DNA from: Iphione sp. A-MEVVRFRX5
Taxonomy: Eukaryota
Reading direction: 5' to 3'
Assembly (NCBI GenBank): GCA_976226885.1
Contig: OZ320319.1
Span: 53,568,001-53,632,000, forward strand
Length of the DNA: 64,000 nt
Under the pieces are notes generated by a model. That model was given only the letters and a program-made list of their open reading frames with translations, was not told the DNA's origin and did not search any database. Position numbers and translations under genes: made by a program. Shown piece after piece: positions 21,220 to 34,551 of this stretch; position 1 is the first letter of the stretch, and the number at the start of each line of letters is the position of its first letter.

Positions 21220-24200
21220 CTCCCTCTCTCTCTCTCTCTCTCCCCCCTCCTCCCCCATCTCTCTCTGGGCAGTTCATGGCAGGAGACAATAGACCTCACA
21301 GGTCCACACTCTTGTTTTAATTGTAATTTAAGTATTTTAAAGGTGACATTGTGCCAATTTCTTTATTGGCTAACACACACCCACACCCCCTTCAGATGGT
21401 CTTTTTCAGTTCGGGTCCTCTATAATAGAAACTACCCATGACATTGTGCCAATTTACTTATTTGCTAACACACCCACTTCGTTTAGGGATTTCTAGGACT
21501 GACAATGTACTCACACAGATGCATACACACTCACCAATATTCCCCTTCTACCAGCACCACCCTTTAGCAGTCTGATACAATTTCAAGTCATTTCAATAAC
21601 AAAACGAGGTGCAAAGTGCTTGTAAGTTGTAGAGACAGAGACCCCCACCCCACACACACCCCTGACCAGCTTTGAGAGCAATCAACCTTGTTTGCACTGT
21701 CCCCTTGGGTCCACCCACAAAGTCCTAGTGAGAGTGCTGGAGTCAGTGACCAGGTCCGACCTGGCCAGACACTAGCACTCCCTCACATATAACTTGGCTG
21801 GCCCTGGCCGGATCAGGCTCAAATTTGATCTCTGTTTCTGGGTTATGTGGGCTTACGTGCACACCAAATTTCTCTATGACATTTTCTCTGGAATCTATAG
21901 TGGAATCTCTGGTGGGTCTCCAACCCACTTTCAGTGTTCTAGCCCTAGGTTGGCCCACCCCCTGGCCCAGATCCAGAGGATATGCTTGTAAAATCGCATG
22001 CTGGTAGGCCAATTTAATCGCGAAGTTACACTCACAAACACTGACTACACCCAATGTTTGAGTGAAAAAAATGGGGGTGGGGGGAGTCCAAACCGGTCTA
22101 CCAATCACCTGCCAATCCTTCAACATGTGCGCCAGTACCCTTCAGCTCTTGAGATGGCATCCGCAGATGTAGAGATAGAGGCAGAATACAGTCCCGAGGT
22201 AGGATCAGAGTCCAAGGGGCATTTAAATGCAGCCCCCAGTGCATTTAGCATGCTCAGGAGGAGGAGGGTCTCATCCAGAAACACACCACCAGAATTTGGC
22301 CATAGGCTCCTGTCTCAGACTATACATGTATATAGTTTGCCCTGGAGGGTCAGTTTTTATGGGTTCTTATTGGTATTGCTCTAATGTTATGTTTCACTTC
22401 AGAAATAATGTGACAATGGGCCTTGTTTACCCAAACTTGGGACTTGGTTTTCCCTTATTAGGAGGAGAGGAATCGGACACTGTCCTTTCTTTCTCTTCTT
22501 CACCTTCAGTCTACCTTGGGTCTTGTGTTCTAATACGGTTGAGAGTGAAACTCCTATACTTTCTGTGTCCCAGTGAACAGAACTCTCTTAAACCGGAGAC
22601 CATTCACACATGTGAAAAAGCCGTCCCAACCTAGATTATTCCATTCTCATTGGATAAGAAGCCTTTTAGTTCAGAGCGTCCTGCCCGGGCAAAACCTATA
22701 GTCAACCTTGAAAAGTGTGTCAGACCTGTGCACTGAGCTCATCCAAAATGGCAGCAAGCATAAACAAGCCTTCTCTGACTCAAATCACATCGGAACAGAC
22801 AAGATATAGATAATTTAAGAGCTACAAAAGGTTTGTTTCATTAAAAACTGTATCAGAACCGCAATTAAGGCCTATATGTCAGTTGCTCAGGCCTCGGGCT
22901 GGGACTGCGTCCCAGCCCTAGGCCCTCACAACTTAAACTCTCTGACCTTTCTCTCCATGCCGTCCTTAATCGCGTAGACCACTCAAACCTTGAGGCAGGA
23001 CTTTGTTTTACCCTCGGTTCTCATGGTTAAACAGACCGACCTTTCATTAATACCCATTTTTAAATACTTAGATACATGTACTGTATTTACCTGTGATCTG
23101 AGGTGGGGTGAGATAGGTCTCGGTTGAAATCGTTTGCAGGTAAAAGTTAAAATCGTCTATAATTTGACAAAGGAATTTATTATGTTTCTAATACGTAATA
23201 TATAGCAATCACGGTTATGTGCACTCCCAAGATGTGTATTCAGTAACTAGGCTCTTATCTAAGTGCTATCTTTCAGGTGGCTTCCTCAATGGTTGTTGTA
23301 TCTTGATTCTTGGTCATTGCTTCAGTAGACAGTGGATTTCACCCATCCAGAGTTTTGCCTGGGGTGTAATAATTTTCAACATGTCTGAACTTTACTTCTG
23401 GTGAGTTTAAAACAGGCACAGGCCAAATTGACCATAGGTAAAAACTAGTTATCATACTAGGTGTCTGGAGGTAGCCAGTCGGTTTTACTCCCAGTCGATT
23501 TCACTCAGACGATTTCACCTTTGGCCAAAATCGATTTCACTCACTTAAGATTTGGTCTCTATGATTTGGATAACATTAAACATTTTTTCTACCGCCAACA
23601 CACCTCGCTCCTCACTCCTTTTATATCTCGACATTTTTGGATTGATCATTAAGTACCAAAATCTCAAGACTAGAGTCTGGGGTGATGTGTTTTTGTAATC
23701 TACTTTTAATGAAATCGATATCTTCACATAGAAATAATACTTCTCCCTATTTCCCTGTTCTGTTTACACTACATATATAAAACGTTGCCCAAAAGTAGTC
23801 CGGCCATGGGGGCTGACATCTCCTTCTGATGTGATTATCCCAAAATACATTATTTTGTTAGGACTTCATGCATAATGATATTGTAGGACAAAAGAAGGAT
23901 GATCATCTATTGTATATGCAAAATGCTGCAATTACTAAAAACATATATGACATATGTGGCCCTACTTTCTACACAGAGTGGTGTATTCCTACCCACCTCT
24001 GTTCAGTGGAGCAGAACCGAGGTTGTAAAAGGCCATATCAGTCTGTACTTTAACCCCTCCCCCATCCTCTGGCTACAGATACACTGTAACCAACCAGTGC
24101 AGACGCCAACGGCGCTTGTTGTATTTTAAACAGAGATTTCCATGCTGTGTGTAACCCCCCCCCCCACACACACACACAGACACAATTTAGCACGGAGTGG

Positions 24201-27200
24201 GGAGGGTGGGTCTTCTCCATATAATTTCATTTAGAATTAGGGCCATCTTGTATTAGCAAAAGGATTTAACTCGCATCCTCACTTCCAATGGAATTCTCAT
24301 TTTACGCCATTTGTGCTTTATCACTGCCATTGCCTCAGCCACAGACCCAGCATTCTACCACAATTCTGTCACATACATATGTTATTCACATTTAAATTGA
24401 ACAAAGCCGTTAGAAGCGTTCTTTTGTCATATTCTTTATACAACAAATATTTTGTTGTTTGCCTCCACATTTGAAGATTCCATCCCGTGTGAGAGTTGAG
24501 GTAATCAGGCGGAGCGAGAGTGAGCATTAAATCCTCCAGCTGAACGATGTTTGTTCACGAGAAAGCTGCTTCCTGTGCCGAAATATTGACAAAAGGTTCC
24601 TGATCTTTGCCAGTCACATAAACATATCCAGTTTCAAATACAGATTGGCTCCAGTGTGGACACTGTGAAAATTGTTGTCTTTGTGGAGAGGCAAGCAGCA
24701 CAGATGTTGATATGGCGTGTCACCGAAGGTGACATTCACCAGAACTTACAACAGACGAGTTGTAGAAGTGTAGCTACTCAGGATGACATTACTCTACTTA
24801 CTCTGTCCAGCTCCAAAGATTTCAGTCACCATGGTGATTAGCATTTCTGCAATTCGGTTATTGTCACCACGTTTCTTACTATTAAGGACTGTGATTGCTA
24901 ACCGTGGCAAAAAAGTGGACTACTTTGTAGAACTGTAGAGCCACGTTTTGTTAACGGTTGAATTTGCAGAATTACTCCCCCTGCAGTGAAGTCCATGTAC
25001 ATGTATTGTAAGGCTTTGGGACCTGTTCAGTGAAGAAATGCATATGGACTGTATTAATCCTGTAGCAAAAGCTGTTTAAATCCTCCTCTGTTAAGTGATA
25101 AATGTTATACATGTATTTGCACTTGCTTATATTGTATTACAGTGTCATTAAATAGTGGCGATGTCGCCTGTGTGAGTAAAATAACCTAAATAAGTGTGAA
25201 ATTTTTCAGTATTCTATGATGCCTGTATTGAAAAGTAATTGTAAAGTATCGAATGAAGAGAAATTCTATTCGCAAAGAATTTAAATGGTTTCATAATAAT
25301 TGATATCGAAATATTTCACGATCCCATGTGATAACAAACTGACTGCAATCACAACCTGGCCCAGGCTAATTATAGTGCCCGGTTCCAGTTCGACCCTCTA
25401 GGGGGCGACACCACTTCAATAATGCATAGCGATCCCCATGTGATAGCTTTACTGTCAATTAAGGAGGACTGCGTCTGAAAACACTTCATGAACACTAGAA
25501 AGTAGAAACTCAAACTTGGAAGTTATGATCTTTCAAGGGAAGGTAATCTAAACAGGTCCTCGGATGTGTGACGGAGATACACCCAGGTGGCAATATTTGG
25601 AGGAGAGTGGGCGAAGTAGCAGGCCGTAAGACAGTGCAGCAACAGAATATGTCCAGTAATGACTTGATATGAATACATACATGTATTTAAAAACGTACTT
25701 AGAGATTAAATGCTTTGGGTTTATTTTTGACAAGTAGTAGTAAAAAAATAAACTACTGCAATGTTAATTTGTTCAACCTCTGACAAACTAATACTGACTC
25801 CGATTTTGTTTTGGCCTAGGTAGGTGCATGTATATGTACTAGGAAGGGAGGTGGGGAATGCCATACAGGCAATTAAAACAGTTATACATCGGGAAGTAGT
25901 AAGCAATGAAGGAGTACTTTTTTTTGTAGAAAATAAAAGGTAAGGTTGGATCATTAAGTATTTTGATTGGAGAATAATGAACAAGGGAGAAAAACAAGGG
26001 AATTTTTAGATGAGTTTTTGAATGACTATGAGGCTCTAGTGTGTGCCGGCTAACTATAGAGTTGTGACTCCGGAATGTATTAGTTCATAAGAATTGGCGT
26101 TCTACCAGTCCAACACATTAACCTTTTTGCTGGTAACATTAAATAGCACATTTTTGACTATGATATCACAAAGGAGCAGTTTACAGCTAAATTAATGTTC
26201 CTTGGTTTTGGCATTAAGTCGTCTGTTATGTGCTTACTTCATAGCGCCTTTTCTGTTGAAAACCAAAGTGTACACGAGGCTATATTCTGTTTGGAATATG
26301 TCCAGAATACATGGTTGTCTTGGTGAGTTGACTGGATTTGTGATCTTTGCTGTATAGTGAACATGGCGCAAGTGAAGTTATAGACAGTCAGTCCGTGCTT
26401 TCCGAAGAGGGCGCAATGAGATATTCAGGTTGGGCAGTTGCGGTCATAGAGTGACATAAAGTCGACATACAGAAAAATCCGCATTTCTCTCTGAAACTCT
26501 CTCAAGTACATTGGGAATTGGCACTGTTTCTCTGAAACACTGAAATCTACCGCAACGCACTGTTTTCGTTGTTTTTCCTTCCGACCATCTTTGAATATAT
26601 CTCAAGACAAAAATAATATATAAAATACATATATAGATATATAACTTTTATTTGCACAATTCTAATCAGATGTTGATATGGATAATAGATGTGGATAGTT
26701 ACGTTTTCTCACCCAAGTTTAATTTGGGTACCCGAAGGATCATGTGTTGGAGAAAGATCCAACTTGTGTGTTAGTATGTAAATAATATATATACATGTAC
26801 ATGTAAATGTAGTCTGACTTCGCGTATTCGGACATCCTTATCCACAATCCCTTGCTCGGACTGAATTTGATGGCCGAAAATGAATTTTCATCATAGATAC
26901 CAATATAACGCATCGATAAACCTTAACTAAGAACCACAAAATTGAAAAAAAGTCTAACATTGTTTTTTTCTGATCACAGCGACTGTTCCATTCTTTGTTT
27001 TAACAGCAAAACCTGGAAATCTGGAAGTTTTCAGTTTTTCAGTCCTCGTGTGATTTATTTTCAGATTTAAATCTGAAACCCACAAGAGACAATAACAAAG
27101 GAAATATTAAATGTGTGAATATTCCATATACAGTGTAACCCCTCTACTAAGGACACCCTCTACTAAGGACACCCTCTATAAAGGACACCCCTGACTATGG

Positions 27201-30200
27201 GCAGGCTGGGAACAGAACCAAATCTATCAAATCATATTTAAATACTCCTGCTATAAAGGACACCCCTCTTTATGGACAGTTTTTGATCAGTCCTTTTGCT
27301 GTCCATAGAAACCTCACCTGATGAGCCATAATGGGGCGAAACCCTGTGTAGAACGATCGCTAATATTCCTACCTACCCCTACATTTTCAAAGGATTTTTG
27401 GAAATGGGATCGACTATTTCTTGTCAACAAGTTGAAGGAACAGAATCCATGACAAAGCACGCAGGAGGCATGGCAACCATTCTTGGATGCTATTACAGGG
27501 TAGTGACTGCTCTGTTTAGCTGCACTTCGTTTTTGTCAACTCGTATGCTTTTTAGTAGATTGAACTGAGGCGAGGTTGGCTTCTTAAGGAAGGGGATGGA
27601 ATATAGATTTAATTCCGAATTTAGATAGTATGTCGTGTTACCGGAATTTGAAACCATGCTTCATTTTATCAAATATATTGTCTGATGAACGTTCACTAGA
27701 TTATTGTTCTTGTCACAGTGTCGACAACAGTGACTACATGCGGAATGGCGACTTCATGCCCACCCGACTACAGGCCCAGCAGGACGCTGTCAACCTCATC
27801 TGTCACTCCAAGACCAGGTCCAATCCAGAAAACAATGTCGGCCTCATCACCATTGCCTCGTACGTTTGGTGCACATTAAGTTGTCTCCTGTGACATTCAG
27901 TCAGCCTATTTGTGTGTGGTTGTCTCTGTCTCTATTTCTATCTATCTATCTATTTATCTATCTGTCTGTCTGTCTGTCTGTCTCACCATGTGCACAGCTT
28001 CCCCAACCGATATAACATCTCTCTCTCTCCTCCTCCTCACAGTCTGGAGGTTCTGGCCACCCTGACCACAGACGTCGGCCGCATCCTCTCCAAGCTGCAC
28101 CAAGTACAACCAAACGGCAGGTCCAGGTTCGCATCAGCTGTGCGTATAGCACACCTGGCGTTGAAACATCGTCAGGGCAAGAACCACAAGCTGCGCATTG
28201 TCGTCTTCGTCGGGAGCCCCATCGAGGACGAGGAGAAAGATGTACGTCGAAAGTGTGCATTGACAAGACGAGGGTTGGGATAGGGGTGACGGATGGAAGA
28301 TAAATGGGTGTCAAGTATTAGTTTAAAAATGATAAATCCGAAACTGCCTCACGGGAATTGTTTTCAGGTTTTTCTTTTTGGAATTGATTTGAATTTGTAA
28401 AGACATGAATATCCTAGTTCTGCTTGTGTTATCGTGTTATGGAAAACCCAGATGCTCATTGGTATCGTATGTTTCATTTACCTTATGAAGTATATGTTAT
28501 CTTATGTACATTGTATGTTTAGCCTAAACCATTACCATAAGAGTACTGACAATGAGTTTATTAAGTAGAAGTACTGGACCCGTATGCATTTTTTTTGTGA
28601 TTTACTTCAGCGAAAACAAAGTATTATAAATTAAAATAATTTCAACGTTATACATGTAGTAGTATGGTTTGATGAAAATTTGTGCATAATTTTCTACATT
28701 AAAAACAGCAAAATAATAAAAAAAAAACAGATAACTTAAACCATCAGTAAATAGAAATTGGTTTCATTCAGTCCATTAGATGAAGGAGTGCATTAGTTTC
28801 CACACCGTTACTACGTGTATGTTTACCGTTTCTTCAGACAATGTCTGGAAATAGCGCAGTCTCATGGGTTGATTCTCATCATGACATAATAATTAGTAAA
28901 AATCGCGTCCACACTACCGGTTACTTCAACCGCTGGCGAAACGTCCATCGGCGCCGCTTGACGAGCCTGGCAGCCTGTACACGTGTTGGTATCATTTAGT
29001 CAAAGTCATTTATGACGGTAACTGTTATAAGAGATGTATTTTTTTTCTAGCTCGTTAAATTGGCGAAAAAGTTAAAGAAAGAAAAGGTGAACGTCGATGT
29101 CATCAACTTCGGGGAAGAGGTCAGTACTGACTTGCCAGTATTAGTTCCTTTTACGTACGTTCACGGCTTTGATCGATCCCTTCATAGATATAATTATGTG
29201 GGAGAATCGTGCCTTGTGCTCGCTCATCCCCACCTCCCTAAAGGTAACATGTAGAGATCCGTTCTTTCCTTTATCCTGAAGATGTCTGATAGTGCGTGGG
29301 AATACAAATTTCTAATTGCCAGTTGCAGGGGCATTTCTATTTCCACGGATGGTTATCCTTATGAAAAATGCTTTACATTTGCTGAAAGAACTATTACATG
29401 TAATTAGAATAGTAGAGGATATTAATAATAATATTCGACATATCATAATAATTAACTGTTTATACTACCTAGATGGACTGCATGAGATGGAAGTTGAATC
29501 ATATAGATTCTAAGTTAATTACATAGATTCTATGCTGAAGATGTATCATTACTCTGTCTATAGAAAACTAAGCCATCTTTGTTATTAAAAGCGATTGAGG
29601 CAAATAAAAACGGCTGAGGCAAAGAGACATACTGAGCCTTTTTAGGCAATACAGTTGTTTTGGCAGCTAATGCTAATGCATTGATAGCAGCCTGCCATTT
29701 TCCTCTTGAAATAAATACTGAAACTGGCACAAATATGAATTGAAATATGTCACATTATGATAAAGACTTATGTGGCTGATAATATACATATATTTGTACT
29801 TGTCATTTCATTATTTACAGGAAAGGAAGTCCAGTAACCTGGCCACTATTTACAGAATATTGTACCGCAACAACAAAAGCAAAAATTTATGTTCACATAG
29901 GCTGTCATAGCACAAAACTTGCGTTGTAGATGCTCGTTGACAAATATTTGCAAGCGTGGAAAATCACTGTGCATCAGGATAACACATTCCTGTGAATTAA
30001 ATGTTCCTGCAACTGGCCATTACTGTTCTGTAAGTACGATGTTGATAGGTACATCCATGTGATCTATGGACAAATTTATTACACTCGATAGTATGAAGCA
30101 TCAGGCACTAATTATGTGAGAAGGTTAAAGGTAGCCTAGCTGTGCCATGTCCATCATTAACCCTTGCCTTCTATCTACAGACCGAGAACACCGACAAACT

Positions 30201-32724
30201 TACTGCCTTCATCAACACCATCAACGGAAAGGACGGCTCGAGGTGGGTCTTCTTCATAGACGAGGTTTTTTGTTCCCATGATATACACATTTGTTAAGAT
30301 ATATATATTAAATATATATCATTATCTTATTACAAAGGTGTACTCTAAAATTTTCTGATGCATGGAAATGTTAGGTTATTAAACTACATATATGTAGTTT
30401 GCGCTTTTGAAAATCTTAGGGTTTAGCGCCTGTCTGTCTGGGCCGTTTAGCGCAGTTCCACTGTAACTGTATAGAGACATCCAATTGTACAGGCCAGTTT
30501 GTTTGGCGGTCGTACAGGTCCCTCTCTCTCCCTCTCTCTAATTCAGCTCACATCTGGTGACGGTACCACCGGGCCCGATGCTTTCGGACGCGCTCGTCAG
30601 TTCACCCATCATCATGGGCGAGGACGGCTCGGGCGTGGTGCCTTCCGGCATGGGAGGCTTCGACTTCGGCGTCGACCCCAACGAGGACCCTGAACTGGCG
30701 CTGGTAAGGGACTTTTGTTACAGATGGACCTTATCCCTGATGCACGTGAGTTCCAAATTCAGGACGAGTGCCAGCTGTTTATATGTAGAATTAATTGGGC
30801 GTGCTGCGTTATCTCCTAGCTGACTCTTATGTGGCTCTGGGTAATTTTTGTCTTGTTTCCTCAGGCTCTGCGTGTATCGATGGAAGAGAACCGGGCGCGA
30901 CAGGAAGAGGAGGCGCGCAAGACGACGGTGGAGTCGGCGACTGAGGCAGGCGTGCTGCCACCAGGCGACGGTGAGTACAACTGGCGATCCGGATATCCGG
31001 CAAGCTGTCATGTCGTCGTGGGAAAGAAGGGGGGAGGGGGGCTCATGCGGCAGCCCCTTAGCAATGCAGCTGTCTCGCCCTACAACTTTCAAAGTTGACC
31101 TAAAGATTGAATGTTATTCACCGTACTTTAAAAAAATTGTTGTCAGTGTTATTTAAGTCGTTGAAGTATATTGCATTCGCAGACCTGGGGCTGTCATCCA
31201 CTGTCTACAAGTGAGTTGGCCTCAGCTGTCCAAACGAAATGTTGACAGAACACGTGTAGATGTACATGTACTTCGTTATCTAACGTGCAAGTACAGAGAG
31301 CAAACTGAAGTTGTGTTGACCTTGCGTGTAGTGAAAGGCCTTTGGACATGGGCAGTTTTTTTGACGTGGCTAAATATAAAGTTGGCGTACGTAGTGGGTC
31401 GTACTGTAGATGTTGTTTCCAGCCATATGGAAATACTGACTGGTCAGTCCTGAGCCTGCCGTCCGCGCTTCCTTTACAGACACGTCCGACGACAACATGC
31501 TGAAGCAGGCCCTAGAGATGTCCATGCAGCCGGAAGGCGGCGAGAGCGGCACGTCGGCGGAACCAGCCGCCAAGACTTCCGCGGCGCCGGCGGCCCAGCG
31601 CGACATCTCCATGATGACGGAGGAGGAGCAGATCGCCATCGCACTCGAAATGTCGCTGGCGCCGAGCGAGCCGGCAGGGCGCACAGAGGAAAGCATGGAG
31701 ACAGACCAGGCCGTAGAGGAGGCGGCGGCCAAGGAGGAAGGCAAGGAGGAGGCCAAGGTGAGATATCCACCACAGTAACACATCGCTGTTGTCACCAAAC
31801 TTGATCCCAACCTCCGCTAGTTCGAATGTGGGATGTTGAAATACCGAAGGTTTGCCTTTTTTCTGAATACAAACATAAATGTGTTAAATAATTGTCTTTT
31901 TCTCAAATTACATCTGTGCGAGGTTTCTCCTCTCATCTGCACTCAGGCAAGGTTGTATAAAGACACTGTACTTATATAAGAACTCAAGATTTTGTGGGAT
32001 TAGTAGATGGACTGGATTAGTGAAGGAGTGGTATAGTAAGGGGTTACTTTACATGGGCATATGGGTATGGGTGTGCGTTTCATACAATTCTTTCCTCTGT
32101 CAAGTGTATTCCGGTTCAGTAAAACCATAATGAGGAACTACTCTCCTTTTTGTATACAGGTGGGGTTCCTGAATATGTCACTGTGGTTGCAGCACATTCG
32201 TGTATGCAGAGTTTAGTGTTCATTAAATCCATGAATGCTGAATGTTCCATCAAAGGCATGATTCGGGGACGGAGGGAGCCTTGGCAGGGAGAGCTTGGGA
32301 GAGCACTCCTAAGTCTGCACTAGTTCCGACTGTCTCATCAGGCGCAATAGCTTTTAAAAAATCGAATTGAACCTTACATTGTTTTCGGATGGTTTACGCA
32401 CTAGTGTAAATAGTGATTCTTTAAAATTGTAAATGTTTGTGTAAATGTTGCTTGTCATTGCTCAGCGCTCCCTCGCCGCCTTCCCCTTTGACTCCATCCT
32501 CCCCCTCAACCGCTGACGGACGCTCCTTATCATTCACACAGGAGGACGAGGAGGAGGACTACTCGGAAGTGATGAGTGACCCAGACTTCCTCCAGAGTGT
32601 ACTGGAGGGCCTTCCAGGGGTCGATCCCCAGAACGAGGATATACGCAAAGCCTTCGATACCCTCACACAGCGCGACGGCAGTGGTGCCAAGAAGGACGAT
32701 AAGAAAAAAGACGACAAGAAGTAA
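19906..32724 (+). CDS. PSMD4: 26S proteasome ubiquitin receptor Rpn10/S5a, complete, 9 coding exons, 406 aa
   Basis: Exons 19906-19931, 27719-27859, 28043-28241, 29051-29119, 30181-30242, 30547-30703, 30865-30970, 31480-31757 and 32542-32724 (1221 nt, all GT/AG, phases consistent). vWA domain [21 protein letters not shown]..., UIMs, C-terminal [17 protein letters not shown]. Confidence 0.97.
20462..21560. mobile_element. Tandem fragments of a non-autonomous repeat, possibly Helitron/Helentron-associated, in PSMD4 intron 1
   Basis: Block starting with the hairpin gtcccccgcc...gggggac repeated at 20462 and 20631. 20860-20950 recurs at 21460-21550. The family assignment is inference. Confidence 0.45.
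21156..21266. repeat. (CT)n microsatellite
   Basis: Direct reading. Confidence 0.95.
27131..27306. mobile_element. Tc1/mariner-type MITE left-end relic (same terminus type as 60577-61272)
   Basis: TA-CAGTGTAACCCC start, with aaggacaccc repeated four times. Confidence 0.6.
27719..27859 (+). CDS. PSMD4: PSMD4 exon 2
   Basis: cacAG|TGTCGACAAC...GCCTC|GTACGT. Confidence 0.97.
28043..28241 (+). CDS. PSMD4: PSMD4 exon 3
   Basis: [19 protein letters not shown]...[29 protein letters not shown]. Confidence 0.97.
29051..29119 (+). CDS. PSMD4: PSMD4 exon 4
   Basis: [23 protein letters not shown]. Confidence 0.97.
30181..30242 (+). CDS. PSMD4: PSMD4 exon 5
   Basis: [20 protein letters not shown]. 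Confidence 0.95.
30547..30703 (+). CDS. PSMD4: PSMD4 exon 6
   Basis: [22 protein letters not shown]...[15 protein letters not shown]. Confidence 0.97.
30865..30970 (+). CDS. PSMD4: PSMD4 exon 7
   Basis: [19 protein letters not shown] (UIM1). Confidence 0.97.
31480..31757 (+). CDS. PSMD4: PSMD4 exon 8
   Basis: [10 protein letters not shown] and [15 protein letters not shown] UIMs. Confidence 0.95.
32542..32724 (+). CDS. PSMD4: PSMD4 exon 9 (last)
   Basis: [35 protein letters not shown]...KK-stop. Confidence 0.97.
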   Translation, partial: EDEEEDYSEVMSDPDFLQSVLEGLPGVDPQNEDIRKAFDTLTQRDGSGAKKDDKKKDDKK

Positions 32725-32896
32725 AGGCAGCCAAACTAGAAGGAGGGAGTGTTAGATTCGAAAGAGGGAAGGGGTGGTAGTGCGTGCAGGTAATGGAGCT
32801 AAGTCGATCACTCCTGCCGCCTCGCCACACCCGTTAGAACTATTTACTTTAATATTCTATAATTGGTAAAGACGACATGCCCCTTTTCCTTTTTGC

Positions 32897-32902
32897 AATA
32901 AA
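32897..32902 (+). terminator. Probable PSMD4 polyadenylation signal
   Basis: AATAAA 172 nt after the stop, followed by T-rich sequence. Confidence 0.65.
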
Positions 32903-33865
32903 TATGTATAATCGCTTTTATCAGTTATTATTTTTTTCATACCACTCTTTATTCTTCCGGTGTTATTTGATGTACGCTTAAATAGTAAATGGCAGCCTTA
33001 CGAGCGTAACAGTTAGCGTCTCGTTCCCCGGTGAATTGGACATTTTTCCTTCGTCGAGGAACTATTTATGTCTAATACGGGGGCAAAGTTAAATATTACC
33101 TCATGACGTGAAATGTAACCGCAATACCCTCAAAAGATCTCATGCACTATTTTTACTATTTTTTGCTATAAATACATTTTAAGTTCTGAAAGAGTAGCAC
33201 TACTATGAATAAGTTATACACGTGATTATGGGCGGGGGGAGGTCAAATTAGAATTGACAATACTATTCATAGCGAAAGATAGTTCTGAATTACTGTATCG
33301 TGTACGCTACGACCCCGAGATAACGGCGATTATTGTTATTATTTAGTACATCCTGTAGTTCTCGAGTAATTGATTTGGCCCTGAGTTTCACTTATTCACA
33401 GTGGGACGAAGGGGATTCCTTCCGGTGCAAATAACCAGAGCGAATTCATACCAAGACACGAACAAATTAATTTATTTTGGTATGTATAGGTGTATGTAAC
33501 GAAGGAAAACAACGACGAAACCTGGATAGGGAGGGAGATCTCGGCTTGCCCGTTAGCTGTCAACATTGCGAGAGCGTGCTTAAGGAAGTTATTGCGTCCT
33601 GTAAGAGACCTGCACGAGAACGTGTGAAGTAGTCGGTTTATTAGTCCCAAAGTTTCGATATGTACGTAGTTTTCATTATTCATTTGACAAGCGGATTGGC
33701 CCAACTCCAAACTTCACTTTCCTCTCATGTCGCATTTCTCCCAGATCATGCGCATTTAGTTCAGGTGGAATTGATTGATTTAGATGGGTACTGAAAATTG
33801 CCCACTTTCACGGGAAATATGTCGCTGATATCCAGGAGGAACCCAAGTCGTGCGCGATGGGGGGG

Positions 33866-33944
33866 GGGGCGGGGGGTATTTAGCTCAAAGCCCCTTCCCA
33901 TCATGCCGTAACGCCCCCCACCAGCGCACACCTTTGGTATAAAA
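33866..33944 (+). promoter_or_regulatory. GC box plus TATAAAA in a CpG-rich patch
   Basis: GGGGCGGGG 33866-33874 and TATAAAA 33938-33944. No downstream gene identified. Confidence 0.4.
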
Positions 33945-34551
33945 CGCCTTGCCGCTCTGAACTACTGGCAAGCCTCCTTGTTATTATCTCGTGATGCCAA
34001 CGCGTTGGAATGTATGGTGGGATCCAGCTATCAGTGGCATTTACCTGCCACACAATCACCAAATTCCGGACTACTGTTAGCTATACCTCCTGCAGTCTCT
34101 GCTTTATCAGTGAATGCAGATATACATTATAAGGTGTTTCAGTCAGAGAGGTGAATATTCAAGTAGCATTAAGTACAAAGCAATGCACGGGTATGCTTAC
34201 TATGCCAACCTACGCATGTGTACTAGTATCTTTTGCAATTTTAATTCTGTATATGCCCACTAGAGGGCTTCCATGAGAACCCCTAGCGTCGGATACGACT
34301 GGCACACCTCAGTTGTCTACTAGCACTCGGACGGCTCGGACACACCTCGCCTGGGCACTGACTGTTGCTGGCTGCTTATTGGTGCAGATAAGTATTCTTT
34401 TTTATATCAATTCCAGCTTTCCTGTGCCCATCTATATTACTGTTTTGTACAGTTTTGTGCCGTTGTTCGGTATTTTTCGTTCTTTTATTGCCATTACACC
34501 TGCCACAAGGCTCCCCAAAGGTGTTCCATACGGTGTTACCGGTGGTTGGTT

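Noticed and set aside
21743-22650. ORFs in PSMD4 intron 1 as a nested gene or gag/protease
   Set aside because: No recognisable motif and several short overlapping ORFs on both strands. Probably a TE relic, but not classifiable by eye.
27630-32724. Track ORFs 27630..27893, 27912..28283, 29060..29254, 30557..30823, 30829..31098, 31497..31778 and 32437..32724 as separate genes
   Set aside because: Each is a PSMD4 exon plus read-through into flanking intron.
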